This document shows positions 30,193 through 40,378 of a stretch of 64,000 nucleotides of DNA, piece by piece; positions within the stretch are counted from its first letter, which is position 1, and each line of letters starts with the position of its first letter. The notes below the pieces were generated by a model. It was not told the origin of the DNA. It was given only the letters and a program-made list of their open reading frames with translations, and ran no database searches. This stretch comes from Candidatus Krumholzibacteriota bacterium. Lineage in GTDB: Bacteria > Krumholzibacteriota > Krumholzibacteriia > JAJRXK01. The position numbers were made by a program, and so were the translations under genes. The stretch spans positions 31,657 to 95,656 of the forward strand of contig CAWDWO010000020.1 of assembly GCA_963806035.1 (NCBI GenBank). Direction: 5' to 3'.

Positions 30193-30732
30193 ATGCGTAA
30201 ATTCACCCTGATCCTGAGCTTGGCCGTCCTGGCGCTCTTCACCTTCAGCACGATGAGCGTGGCGGCCGATCACCAGTATGTCGGAGTGTCCAAGTGCAAG
30301 GCGTGCCACGGTACGAAGACCGGAGACCAGTTCAAGATCTGGTCCGAGAGCGCCCATGCCAACGCCTACACCGTCTTGGCCAGTGACGAAGCCAAGGCAG
30401 TGGCGGCCAAACTGAAGCTGGAAGGCGACCCGCAGAAGTTGGACGAGTGCCTTTCCTGCCACGTGACCGCGCACGGCGTGGATGCGAAGCTTTTGGCAGA
30501 GAGTTACACGGTCGAAGACGGCGTGGGCTGCGAGAGCTGCCACGGTCCGGGCTCCGACTACCGGAAGTTCTCGGTCATGAAGGACCAAGCGAAGGCAGTG
30601 GCCGCGGGAATGCTCATTCCCGATGAGAAGACCTGCATCCAGTGCCACAACGACAAGAGTCCAACCTACAAGGAATTCGACTTCAAAAAGTTCTACGCCA
30701 AGATCGCGCACCCCATTCCCACCGAGGAATAG
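30193..30732 (+). CDS. Periplasmic tetraheme cytochrome c (c554-like family)
   Basis: Signal peptide; YVGVSKCKACH, CLSCH, GVGCESCHGPGS, CIQCH; GGAG RBS. Confidence 0.9.
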   Translation: MRKFTLILSLAVLALFTFSTMSVAADHQYVGVSKCKACHGTKTGDQFKIWSESAHANAYTVLASDEAKAVAAKLKLEGDPQKLDECLSCHVTAHGVDAKLLAESYTVEDGVGCESCHGPGSDYRKFSVMKDQAKAVAAGMLIPDEKTCIQCHNDKSPTYKEFDFKKFYAKIAHPIPTEE

Positions 30733-30765
30733 GAGCTTCAGCGCGGAGGCGTGAAACCAAAATTC

Positions 30766-30799
30766 GAGCGACGCCGGTCTTTTCAGGCCGGCGTCGTTC
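30766..30799 (+). other. Intergenic hairpin without U-tract
   Basis: GAGCGACGCCGGTCT-TTTC-AGGCCGGCGTCGTTC, 15-bp stem including G-U pairs. Confidence 0.55.
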
Positions 30800-30814
30800 A
30801 TGTGAGGCTGGAAG

Positions 30815-32798
30815 ATGAGGATGGAGACTGTGATGGATGCGAATTTCGAGCGCCCTTCCCGGCGAACCGCACGAAGCTGGACCTACTTCTCGCTGACTCT
30901 GCTGGCGCTGAGTCTGTTTTCTCCGCGGCCGGTGGTGGCGAGCAGCGACGACTGCCTCGGTTGTCACGCGCCCAAGGAGGAAGTGGTCGAGGTCGCGCAC
31001 CAGGTGGATCCCGCCAAGTGGGCCGCGTCCATTCACGGCCAGGCGGGGCTGGAATGCACGGACTGCCACGAAGGGAACTTCGACGAGGTTCCGCACGAAG
31101 GGGTCGTGGTTCCTCACTGCACGAACTGTCACGAAGAGGCCGGCGAGCAGTTCAAGTCCAGCGCACACGAGCAAATCGTGCTCAAGGAGGGGGAGAGCTC
31201 GCCCTTCGGTGTCAACCCCTGCACGGCTTGTCACGGAGTGCACGACGTGCTGCCCCCCGACAATCCGCAGAGCCGGGTCTTCTTCCGCAACATCCCCGCA
31301 ACCTGCGGCCGCTGTCACGGCGACACCAAGATCATCCAGCTCACCGGGGTGAACGCGAATCCACCCGCCCAATATGAAACCAGTGTGCACGGCCTGGATC
31401 TGTCGGACCCCGACAAGAAGCCGGCCGTCTGCAGCAGCTGCCACGGCTATCACGACATCCGTCTGGCCAAGGATCCCAAGTCGCGCATCAACCCCTTCAA
31501 CATTCCCTCCACCTGCGGCCAGTGCCACAAGGAAGAGGCGCAGACTTATCTGGGTTCGGTGCACGGAGTCGCTTCGCAACGCGGCGTGACTCTGGCTCCA
31601 ACCTGCACCACCTGTCACGGCATGCACACCATCGCCCCGGTTACCCAAGAGGCCGGCGGCAGCAAGACCAGCCGGCGTCTGGTGCGTACGACTTGCCCAG
31701 CTTGTCACCAGAGCACGGCGCTGATCAGCCGCTTCAACATCGCGGCCGCTCGAGTTTCGACCTATGAAGCGAGCTACCACGGCCTCGTATCCCGTCGCGG
31801 AGGGACGAACGTCGCCGACTGCGCGAGCTGTCATGGCATCCACAACATCTACGACTCCAGCGATCCCCGCTCCACGGTCGCGCCGCAGAACCTGGAAGCG
31901 ACCTGCGGGAAATGCCACCCCGGTGCCGGAGAGAAGTTCGTCAAGCAACCCGTTCATCTCCTGGAATCCAAGACGAGTGCGAAAGCGACCAACATCACCA
32001 TTTGGGTCAAGCGCGTGTACTGGGTGCTGCTCATCGGCGTTTTGGGCGGCATGTTGCTGCACAACGCGATCATTCTCTTCTTCTACATCCGCAAGAACTG
32101 GCGCAAGCAGAAGGGCGAGGAGAATCGCCGGCGCTTCAACCGCAGCGAAATCTGGCAGCACTCGCTCTTCTTGATCTCCTTCGTGCTTCTGGCTCTCTCC
32201 GGATTCATGCTGGCCTATCCCGACCACTGGTGGGCACGTGTCATGACCACGCTCGGAGTGGACGAGACTGCGCGACGAGCGATTCATCGCGTCAGCGCGG
32301 TGGTGATGGTGACGGTGAGCCTGTATCACATCTACTGGATCTGCTTCACTTCCTACGGACGCGGCGAATTGAAGCGCATCGCACCACGTCTGCGTGACGC
32401 GCGCGAACTGCTGCAGAACATGCGCTTTCACATGGGCAAGAGCGAACAGCAGGCGGCGTTCGCGAAGTTCGACTACCCGGCCAAGATGGAATACTGGGCT
32501 CTGGTCTGGGGGACCGTGGTCATGGCTCTCGACCGGCGCGATTCTCTGGTTCCCGGTAGTAGCCACTTCGATCTTCCCCTCGTGGATCGTGGATGTCGCC
32601 ACCGTCATCCATCTCTTCGAGGCGTGGTTGGCGACCCTGGCCATTCTCATCTTCCACTTCTTCTTCGTGATCTTCCATCCGGAGGTCTACCCGCTCAGCT
32701 TCGCGATGCTGCGCGGCACGATGCCCTCGCGCCTCGCGGAGCATCACCATCCGGCGTGGAGGAAGGAAGACGACGCGCCGGCGCCGGCGGAGGAGTAG
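30815..32798 (+). CDS. CbcL-like protein: 11-heme periplasmic domain fused to an FdhC/HydC-type di-heme b membrane domain; apparent frameshift near 32531
   Basis: 11 CxxCH; RRFN..EIWQH, LALSG, AIHRV, LYHI, KFDYPAKMEYWALVWG. Continues in the next frame as TGAILWFP...VIHLFEAWLATLAILIFHFFFVIFHPEVYP, stop 32798. Confidence 0.85.
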
Positions 32799-33139
32799 AG
32801 ATTAGACACTGAACAAGAGAAGAGGGGATGCGCAGTGGAAGCGGCAGCCCCCTCCTAGACTTGACGAACGACTTCAGCGAAGGTGGCGTGCACGACCCTA
32901 TGAGGCCTCAGCGAATAGCGCAAATCCGGTCAGGGATGAAAGAAACCAGGGCGCGAGTAGATTTCCAACTGAGACAGCTCTCTCACCATGTCACAGCGCC
33001 AAGTTCGGTACGGGCGTGAATCGACTTTACGCGCCGATCCGTGCCAATGTATAAACCGATACTGACCGAAACGCTTCGGGTCGGGCGCAACAGCGCATGC
33101 AAATCAAGGGGATCGGTTCTGTGCAGAATCGAATGATCC

Positions 33140-34690
33140 ATGTCTAGGCTCAGTTGGACTCGGCTGAGGTCCCAACTCTCGCAACGACCGCAAGTCCCGG
33201 TCCTGATCGCCATCGTGGTGGTCGGAATTTTGGCGCGCGCCGTATTGTTTTTGCGGCCCTTGAATTGCGTCGTATCCCTATTTATCGCAGATGACTACTT
33301 CTACTACCTGAACACAGCCTTTTATATCGCGTCAGGACGTGGCAGCACCTTCGACGGTGGGCTGACCTTTCATAATGGCTATCACCCGCTCTTTCTCGTA
33401 TTCCTGGTTCTGCTCTTCAAGTTGGGGTTGAGCAAAGTGACCATGGTGTACGTTGGTCTCGCAATCCAGACCATCGGAAATGCCGTGGCTGCGGTTTTTG
33501 CTTTCCGCATCGCCAACAAACTGGGCAGCCCCTGGGCAGCTCTCTGCGTCCCAGCTGTCCTCTCTCTGAACCTGTACTTGATCCGGATGACCCTATGGGG
33601 CTTCGAGACCATGCTGGCCATTGCGATGGTCTTGGGCTTCGTCGACGCCCTGCTCAATCGGCGAGGAAACGTTGCGCTCGGCATATGGCTCGGACTTGCA
33701 ATCCTCGCCAGAGTAGACGCCGTCCTCCTGTTCTTCCCTCTCGTGCTCTTTTTCACGCATGAGCGCCGTTGGCGCGGTCTAGTGAGCACTTCGGTGATTA
33801 CGCTTTTCTTGGTCTCGCCGTGGGTCGCGTGGAGCTGGCTCAGGTTCGGAACGGCGCTCCCCCAATCCGGTCAGATCAAGATGTTGTCTCACGATGTAGA
33901 AAACCTATGGTTTGGCTGGCAAATATTCTGCAGCAAACTAATGATCTTCGCGGCTGGCCCGGATCTCGAACGGATCGCACCCCTTGGCTTGAAACTCATT
34001 TTCGGGGTCTTGATATTCCTCTTGAGTCTGCGACCAGGACGAAAAGCCATCTATTTGCTTGGCTACGTTGCTTTGCTCGTTTGTGCCTACAGCCTTCGCA
34101 CAAACCCTTACGAAGTCATTCCCTTCGTGCGATATATCGCACCTGGGGCAGTCGTATTGCTGACCCTTGGTTCCGCAGGCATCTCCAGGTTCAGAGTGCC
34201 CGTCCTAGGATTGGTTCTCCTCTCTCTCGTTCCGACCACCCAAGGATATGTCAAAGCAATGTCGAAGCAGCCAGCAATCGACTCGTATCCGGGTGTTTGT
34301 CAGTCAATTGTCCCCGATGTCCTGAAGAAGGTAGTTGGCAGCGACGATCGAGTGGGAAGCTTTGATTCAGGAGTTCTGGGATACTTCAGTCCAGTACCAG
34401 TAATAAACCTGGACGGACTTGTAAACTCGGAAGTCGTCGCCTTCGTCACCAACCCCGATCCGGCAGCCGGTACCTGGACGATTCGCTATGAGCGTTATCT
34501 TCACGAGAAAGGGATTACCATCCTCGTTGGCGCCACAGCTTTCAGTTGGATCAACATCTTCCCGGACGCACCAAACTGGAAACGTCTTAGCCCACCAATC
34601 CCCACGACAGACGCAAATGAGGTTCTCATCTTGAGGGTTCCCGATTTCCCCAAGAGCCACAAGCCGGGCTCGAGCCCTACTGCGCCATGA
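33140..34690 (+). CDS. Polytopic membrane protein, GT-C-fold glycosyltransferase-like
   Basis: ADDYFYYL..A..IASGRGSTFDG..HNGYHPL, GFET, LARVD, DSGVLGYFS..VINLDGLVN; visibly more AT-rich than its flanks. Confidence 0.7.
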   Translation: MSRLSWTRLRSQLSQRPQVPVLIAIVVVGILARAVLFLRPLNCVVSLFIADDYFYYLNTAFYIASGRGSTFDGGLTFHNGYHPLFLVFLVLLFKLGLSKVTMVYVGLAIQTIGNAVAAVFAFRIANKLGSPWAALCVPAVLSLNLYLIRMTLWGFETMLAIAMVLGFVDALLNRRGNVALGIWLGLAILARVDAVLLFFPLVLFFTHERRWRGLVSTSVITLFLVSPWVAWSWLRFGTALPQSGQIKMLSHDVENLWFGWQIFCSKLMIFAAGPDLERIAPLGLKLIFGVLIFLLSLRPGRKAIYLLGYVALLVCAYSLRTNPYEVIPFVRYIAPGAVVLLTLGSAGISRFRVPVLGLVLLSLVPTTQGYVKAMSKQPAIDSYPGVCQSIVPDVLKKVVGSDDRVGSFDSGVLGYFSPVPVINLDGLVNSEVVAFVTNPDPAAGTWTIRYERYLHEKGITILVGATAFSWINIFPDAPNWKRLSPPIPTTDANEVLILRVPDFPKSHKPGSSPTAP

Positions 34691-35750
34691 TTCTGGCCAA
34701 GAGCTCGTCGTCGGCTTTCAAAAAGCCGGCCTTCACGATGCGCGGCGTGAGCACACGCCAGTTCTCGCCCTTGGCGAAGATCTCCTTGAACAGGGCGAGC
34801 GCGGAATCGGTTTCGCCCGCGTTGCTCAGCGCCACCGCGTACCAGTAGCTGGCCTCGAGGTTGTCCCCCAGGATGCGCTGCGCCGCGCCATAGGCGCGCT
34901 TGGCCGCGGCCAGGTCCCCCTTCTCCACCGCCAAGTCGCCCTGGTTCATCATGTCGTAACCGTGCTGCAGAACCAGCAGTCGCCCGAGTTCTTCCACCGG
35001 TTTGGGGGCGTCCTCCACCCTCAGGTCGACCACCACGTCGTTCCAGGGCTGACCGGAGGAAGTGCCCTTCACCACCAGCATCGCGGCCGATTGCCGTCCG
35101 CGGATGTCGCCCCCCTCCTTCTGAGCTGCTTGCAACGCGGCCAGCATGCGCTGGGAGAGATCGCCTTCTGCCTTCTCGAACGCGGCCGCCATGGCGTCGG
35201 GCACCGTGCTCTTCTCCATGAGATTCGCCTGGCAACTGTAGTTCTCGCCCGCGTGATCGCCGGCCTCCGCGATACAGCCGCTGCCGGTGTGCACCGCCAC
35301 CCTGCCCGTGGCATCGATCATCGCCACCTGGCGAATCTCCGGGTGCTCATCGGCCTGCAGCAGCGCCTTCAAGCTCGCCGGCGCCGAGCGTCCCGCCGCC
35401 ATCATATCCAAACCGAGAGGGCCGTAGGTGAGATCGACCATCGACTGGGTGGCCACCGCGCCCACTCCGGCGCGCGCCCAGGGCACGGCGGTCCCCACGC
35501 TGAACCAGTGCGACTGCACCGCCACGCCCAGCTCACCAGTCTTGGGATCGCGCGCGACGATGGAATAGGTCGTGACGGGACGGATGGGAGAGATCCGCGG
35601 GGCGTCCGCGCTGGCCTGCTCGGCGGGTGCCGTAGCTGCGGCCGCCGCCGGATCGACTTGTTCCTGGGCCAAGGAAGGCGCAGCGAGAACCGCGGCCAGA
35701 GCGAAGACGAGAAGGAGAAGGACGAGTGATCTGAGCAACCTGGCATGCAT
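34677..35750 (-). CDS. Secreted DUF1028 (Ntn-hydrolase-like) protein with C-terminal TPR
   Basis: Signal peptide; TYSIVARD..TGELGVAVQSHWFSVG, GGDIRGRQSAA, DLRVED; helical TPR-like tail. AAGGAG RBS. Confidence 0.85.
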   Translation of the reverse strand: MHARLLRSLVLLLLVFALAAVLAAPSLAQEQVDPAAAAATAPAEQASADAPRISPIRPVTTYSIVARDPKTGELGVAVQSHWFSVGTAVPWARAGVGAVATQSMVDLTYGPLGLDMMAAGRSAPASLKALLQADEHPEIRQVAMIDATGRVAVHTGSGCIAEAGDHAGENYSCQANLMEKSTVPDAMAAAFEKAEGDLSQRMLAALQAAQKEGGDIRGRQSAAMLVVKGTSSGQPWNDVVVDLRVEDAPKPVEELGRLLVLQHGYDMMNQGDLAVEKGDLAAAKRAYGAAQRILGDNLEASYWYAVALSNAGETDSALALFKEIFAKGENWRVLTPRIVKAGFLKADDELLARIMAQ

Positions 35751-35815
35751 CGGAAACTCCTTGCTGGAAGTCCGAAGCATTCTACACGGAGCCCAGTCGC
35801 TCAACCAGCATCAGC

Positions 35816-37313
35816 TCAAGGCGCGTGACACTCGGTGCACTTGGTATCTTTCCACGCACCGCCGACGTCCTCGGGGTGGCGGTACTCGTGTCCTTCGATG
35901 TCGGTGAACCCGAGTGCCATCGTCGAATTGCTGCGCCACGATGGTGTGACAGACGTTGCAATCATGCGGAATGGCCTCGCCACTCTCAGTCACGTGGTTG
36001 CCGTCGTGACAGCGGAAGCACCCGTCGCTGAAGAGATGTCCGATGTTGTCCTCGTGGGCCTTCCAGTCGGTCTTCATCTCGGGGAAGTAGTTCTTCGTGT
36101 ACAAGTCCCAGGTGACATCGACCGCGGCCTGAATCTGGGCCGCATCGGCGCCGGCCTCACTGCACTGCTCGCGGATGTACTCCTTCAGCCCCTTCTCCGC
36201 TTCCTCGCGATTCGCGTAGTCCTGCTCCATGGCGTCCACCATGATGCCTTTGATGTCGGGGATGGTCTTGCTCACCTTGCCGGAGGCCAGGGCCCGGTTG
36301 GCGAGGTGGACGGGCGGATTGTAGCGATGTGAGGGCCGATTGTGACAATCGATACAGTCCATCACCCGGATGTTTTCGTCGGTGAGGGCGCTCTCGTCGA
36401 AGTCCTCGTCGGTGCTCTTGAAAACTTTGACGGTTCCGTCGGCCGTGGTCGAGCGCACCCAGGGAATCACCTGACGACGCTCGTCGGTCGACACGTACTC
36501 CACCTTGTTCTCGCGGTTGCTGTGCCAGTGAATACCCTCGGTATGCCCGGTTTCGCTGTGCGCTCCACCGGTCTTCAACAGGAGGTGGAGGCGGAAGTGC
36601 CGATTGTCCTTTTCGGGCAGGTAGTAGTCGTGCACGACGTATCGGTCGCTGTAGAAGACCTCGGGCCAGTGACACTGCTCGCAGGTCTCCCGGGAGGGCC
36701 GCAGATTCTTGATCGGCGTGTGAATCGGGCGGGGGTAATTGTTGGCCAGGACCGCGTAGACCTGATAGGAGCCCGAAAGCTTGGAGCGGACGAACCACTC
36801 GGCTCCCGGACCGATGTGGCACTGCACGCAGGCCACTTTGGCGTGCGGCGAATTCTGATAGGCCACGAATTCCGGTTCCATCACACTGTGACAGGTCTCC
36901 CCGCAAAACTTCACGCTCTCGGTGGCCTCGTAGGCCTGGTAGGTGCCGAAAGCGGTCATCCCCAAGAAGATCGTCGTCCCCACCGTGAAGATGATGGCCG
37001 CGCGCCTCGTCTGACCGTCATTGAGATCGATGCGTGGCAGAGGCTTGTCGGGCTGACCGTGGCTGCGCCGGCGATGTTGCCGCCAGGCTCCCACCAACAC
37101 CGCGATCAGTCCCATGATCAAGAAGATCGGCAGGATGGTGAAGGCGATGATCCCCATGTAGGGGCTGGAGTTCTTGCTCAGCGACTCCAGGACCATCAAG
37201 AATAGGATCAGCAGCAGGCTCAGCGCGGCCAGGGACGCACCGAGCATGGTGACGAGGTTGTAAAAGACCGAGGGCAGTTTCTTCTGCGGCGGAGATTGAC
37301 CTTCTGGATTCAC
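35816..37313 (-). CDS. ImcH-like NapC/NirT-domain inner-membrane multiheme cytochrome (7 hemes); apparent frameshift near 35908-35911
   Basis: 3 N-terminal TMs; TESVKFCGETCHSVMEPE, SPHAKVACVQCHIGPG, LRPSRETCEQCHWP, CIDCHNRPSH, CFRCH, CNVCH. The shifted frame continues FTDIEGHEYRHPEDVGGAWKDTKCTECHAP-stop (35816). GTG 37313 after GGAG. Confidence 0.85.
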
Positions 37314-37543
37314 GCGGAGTCTCCAAGAATAGCTGAGAGGATCGACCCCGAGCGCCGGGGGAAAGCGCCGGGAAAGCTGGAGAAGATTGTCGAATATAGG
37401 TTCTCCAGAGAGCTTCATCTAGTCGTTTTTGGCCGTCAATCCCGCCATTTTTTGAGGGGGAGAAATCCCTCCTTGACCTCGCAACTTCTTCAGCAACAAT
37501 TAGATGAACGAAAGGGAGTGCCTTTCCGCCCCAAATAGCGGAG

Positions 37544-37559
37544 TGGTGTGCCCTATGCT
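37544..37559 (+). promoter_or_regulatory. Candidate sigma54 -24/-12 promoter for the porin-cytochrome operon
   Basis: TGGTGTGCCCTATGCT: TGG-N10-GC with TGCT at -12. Confidence 0.35.
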
Positions 37560-37627
37560 TCTCTTCTGGACATTCCCCTGCGATCATCGAGGACACTCTC
37601 GGCGCGCGTGAAGAAAAGAGGCTCGGA

Positions 37628-38995
37628 GTGAAAACTATCCATGCCCCTGGATCGAAGCGAATTCGCTCCTCCACATGGACCCGCGTGATGCTCTTGCTGC
37701 TTGGCGGCTCCCTCCTCGTCATTCCGTCGGCGCAGGCGCGGGCCGAAGGCCAGGCGGACAGCGGAAACAGGGACTTGACCCGGGCTCAAAGCTGGTATTT
37801 CCGCACCCGGACCACCGCCTACGCCTACACCACCGCGCCCAAAGACGCGGTCACCGACAAAACGGACCACTTCGAGTTTTACCAGTATCTCGACGGGGCC
37901 TTGAGCGGACTCGCCCAGGGCAAACTCGACCTGCGCCTCTCCGGCCGCTTCGCCGACGATTTCGCGTTCAAGGCCAATCCGACCACGCCCAACCGTCTGT
38001 ATTCGCTCTACCTGCAGTACCACACCTCGCGGCGGGGAAGCCTGCGCCTGGGTCGCCTTTTCGTGCAGGAGGGCGTCGCCAACTACACGATGGACGGCCT
38101 CTATTTGGCCCTGAAACCCACGCCCCGGCTCAAGCTGCGGGCCTGGGGCGGCGCGCGCTCGCCCTACAACATGGAGTGGGAGGCCAGCAATCTCAGCGAC
38201 GAAACCGCGCTCGGCGCGCATGCCATCGCACTCTTGACCCCCTGGATGAATCTGGGAGTCGGTTGGTCGTACCTCGAACACAACGGGGCCCGGGCCTATC
38301 AGAAGGTGGGAGCCGAGGCCGCGCTGCGCCCCGCTCGTGGCCTGCGCACCATCCTGAGGGCCCACTACGAGACGGAGAGCGAGCAGTGGGACCAGGCCGA
38401 GCTGCTGGCCTGGTACAAGCCCACCCCGCGCTGGCCCATGTTGAACGTGCAGTACCTGGACCGCCGCCAGAGTGTCGAGAAGAACACCTATTGGGAGAGA
38501 TTCCTCCCCTCGCTCGACCGCGTGCGGCTGGCACGCGCCTCCGCGCGCTACCAGAACGCGGAACAGTGGGGCGTGGAGATGGAGTACTTCGGCTCCTTCG
38601 TCGACGAGTTCGCGCAGACGCGGCTCGGCGGAGCGGTCCTCTTTCCCTACGGGCGCCTGGGCTATTCGGTGCGCCTGGGAGACGCGGGTGAGGAGAACCG
38701 CTGGTACGGGGACCTGCGCTGGCGTCCGCTCAACTGGTGGAGTCTGAGCGGCGGCGCGATGCTCTCCACCTACGCGCTCCTGAAGGACGCCCCCGAAGAT
38801 CTCGAGCGCGACCTGGTCACACTCTACGCCCGCAGCGTGACTCGTTTGCGGGACGGGCTGAATCTCCATCTGGAATTCCAGAGCCTGGACAATCCACAGT
38901 ATTCCAAGGACCTGCGCTTCTTGGTCGGCATCGATCTCGCCATGGGACGAGGCGCCTCGAGCACCGGACTCGGAACAGGAGGGTGGTTGCAGTGA
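37628..38995 (+). CDS. Outer-membrane beta-barrel protein (porin of a porin-cytochrome cluster)
   Basis: Signal peptide ending SAQARA; aromatic-rich amphipathic strands, LRLGRLFV and MDGLYL barrel-type segments; no Cys; GTGA overlap with the 12-heme gene. Confidence 0.75.
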   Translation: MKTIHAPGSKRIRSSTWTRVMLLLLGGSLLVIPSAQARAEGQADSGNRDLTRAQSWYFRTRTTAYAYTTAPKDAVTDKTDHFEFYQYLDGALSGLAQGKLDLRLSGRFADDFAFKANPTTPNRLYSLYLQYHTSRRGSLRLGRLFVQEGVANYTMDGLYLALKPTPRLKLRAWGGARSPYNMEWEASNLSDETALGAHAIALLTPWMNLGVGWSYLEHNGARAYQKVGAEAALRPARGLRTILRAHYETESEQWDQAELLAWYKPTPRWPMLNVQYLDRRQSVEKNTYWERFLPSLDRVRLARASARYQNAEQWGVEMEYFGSFVDEFAQTRLGGAVLFPYGRLGYSVRLGDAGEENRWYGDLRWRPLNWWSLSGGAMLSTYALLKDAPEDLERDLVTLYARSVTRLRDGLNLHLEFQSLDNPQYSKDLRFLVGIDLAMGRGASSTGLGTGGWLQ

Positions 38996-39885
38996 AGCAG
39001 CTCTTCGCCATCGGTCTCTGCGTTCTGATCCTGCCCGTCTTCGTGGCGCTGGCCCTGGGTGACAGCCCGGCCACGCCGAACACCGGAATCCGGCAGGTTC
39101 ACGACATCCATGCCGAAAACGGCATCGAGTGCGAGACATGCCACGAGAAAGTTCCCGACGCAACCGGCTTGACCGGACTTCTTCCCACCATGGATACCTG
39201 CGCCAACTGCCACGACGTGGAGGATGAAGACAACTGCAAGATGTGCCACCTGGGCGAAGAACCCACCGGCTATCCCGAAGAAGCCGCGGACATGAGTTCG
39301 GGAATGACGGAGCTGGCGCACTTCCCGCACCAGTCTCACATCCAGAAGCAGGAACTCAACTGCAACGACTGCCATGCTCCCGACGGCAAGGGCGGGCAGA
39401 CCTTCCCGCAGCATCCGCAATGCCGGAGCTGTCACGCCACTGCGGCTGGCTTCACCGACTGCTCGATGTGCCACGGCGCCAACGAAGCGCCCGTGCCGGC
39501 GAGTCACGGTCCGCAGTGGATGAGCGAACATGCGCTCGACGCGACTTTCGACCAGAGCAAGTGCGAGAGCTGCCATACGCAGACCGACTGCCAGGACTGC
39601 CACAACGGGGACAACGTCCGCCCGCGCGTGCACGACCTGAACTTCCGCTTCAGCCACGCTCTGGAAGCCCGAAGCAACGAGATGCTGTGTCAGACCTGCC
39701 ACGAGGATCCCGTGTTCTGCTCGAGTTGCCATGCGGCGGAGCAAGTGCTGCCCGAAAACCACTCGCGCGCGGACTGGGTAACCAGCCGGCACGGAGTCGA
39801 GGCGAGCTTCAATCTCGAGTCCTGCATCGCCTGTCACGATGCCGGTGAACAAGATCCCACCTGTGCCCGCTGCCACGGAAGGTAG
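38992..39885 (+). CDS. Periplasmic dodecaheme cytochrome c
   Basis: Signal peptide from GTG 38992; 12 CxxCH in about 297 aa, with FPH..H and H...W...H distal-ligand patterns. Confidence 0.9.
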   Translation: MKQLFAIGLCVLILPVFVALALGDSPATPNTGIRQVHDIHAENGIECETCHEKVPDATGLTGLLPTMDTCANCHDVEDEDNCKMCHLGEEPTGYPEEAADMSSGMTELAHFPHQSHIQKQELNCNDCHAPDGKGGQTFPQHPQCRSCHATAAGFTDCSMCHGANEAPVPASHGPQWMSEHALDATFDQSKCESCHTQTDCQDCHNGDNVRPRVHDLNFRFSHALEARSNEMLCQTCHEDPVFCSSCHAAEQVLPENHSRADWVTSRHGVEASFNLESCIACHDAGEQDPTCARCHGR

Positions 39886-39888
39886 ACC

Positions 39889-40317
39889 ATGCGTGTTCGC
39901 CAATCCCTAGCTCTGTTGCTCGTCCTCTTTCTCATTGCCGTGGTCGCGGTGGCCTGCGCCGATCGCAAGGATCCCACCGGCGCTTTCTACACCGTCCACC
40001 CTCAAGAGTGGATGCAGCAGGAAAGCGTCGACTTCCACGGGTCCCTGGTGCGCCGCGACGGCCCCGAGTTTTGCCAGAGCTGTCACGGTCAGGACCTCAT
40101 GGGAGCCAAGGACGCCCCGAGCTGCTACCAGTGCCACAACGGTCCAGGCGGTCATCCGGCCAACTGGATCAACCCCGACCCGCCCTTCCACGGGGACGCG
40201 GTCAATCTCTATGGCCCCTTGGGCTGCCGGGATTGCCACGGCCTGGACTACCGCGGCGGCTGGACCGGAGTGTCCTGCTACACCTGCCATGATGGTCCGG
40301 CGGGAATTTCTTTTTGA
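39889..40317 (+). CDS. Tetraheme c-type cytochrome lipoprotein
   Basis: Lipobox VAVAC; two repeats of H...W......FHG...CxxCHG.D..G.....SCYxCH.GP (CQSCH, CYQCH, CRDCH, CYTCH). Confidence 0.88.
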   Translation: MRVRQSLALLLVLFLIAVVAVACADRKDPTGAFYTVHPQEWMQQESVDFHGSLVRRDGPEFCQSCHGQDLMGAKDAPSCYQCHNGPGGHPANWINPDPPFHGDAVNLYGPLGCRDCHGLDYRGGWTGVSCYTCHDGPAGISF

Positions 40318-40378
40318 GGAATTGGCGCCGCAGGCCGCCCTCGATGGCCTGAGCAGCCATTCTGTAGAAGAGCTCCAA

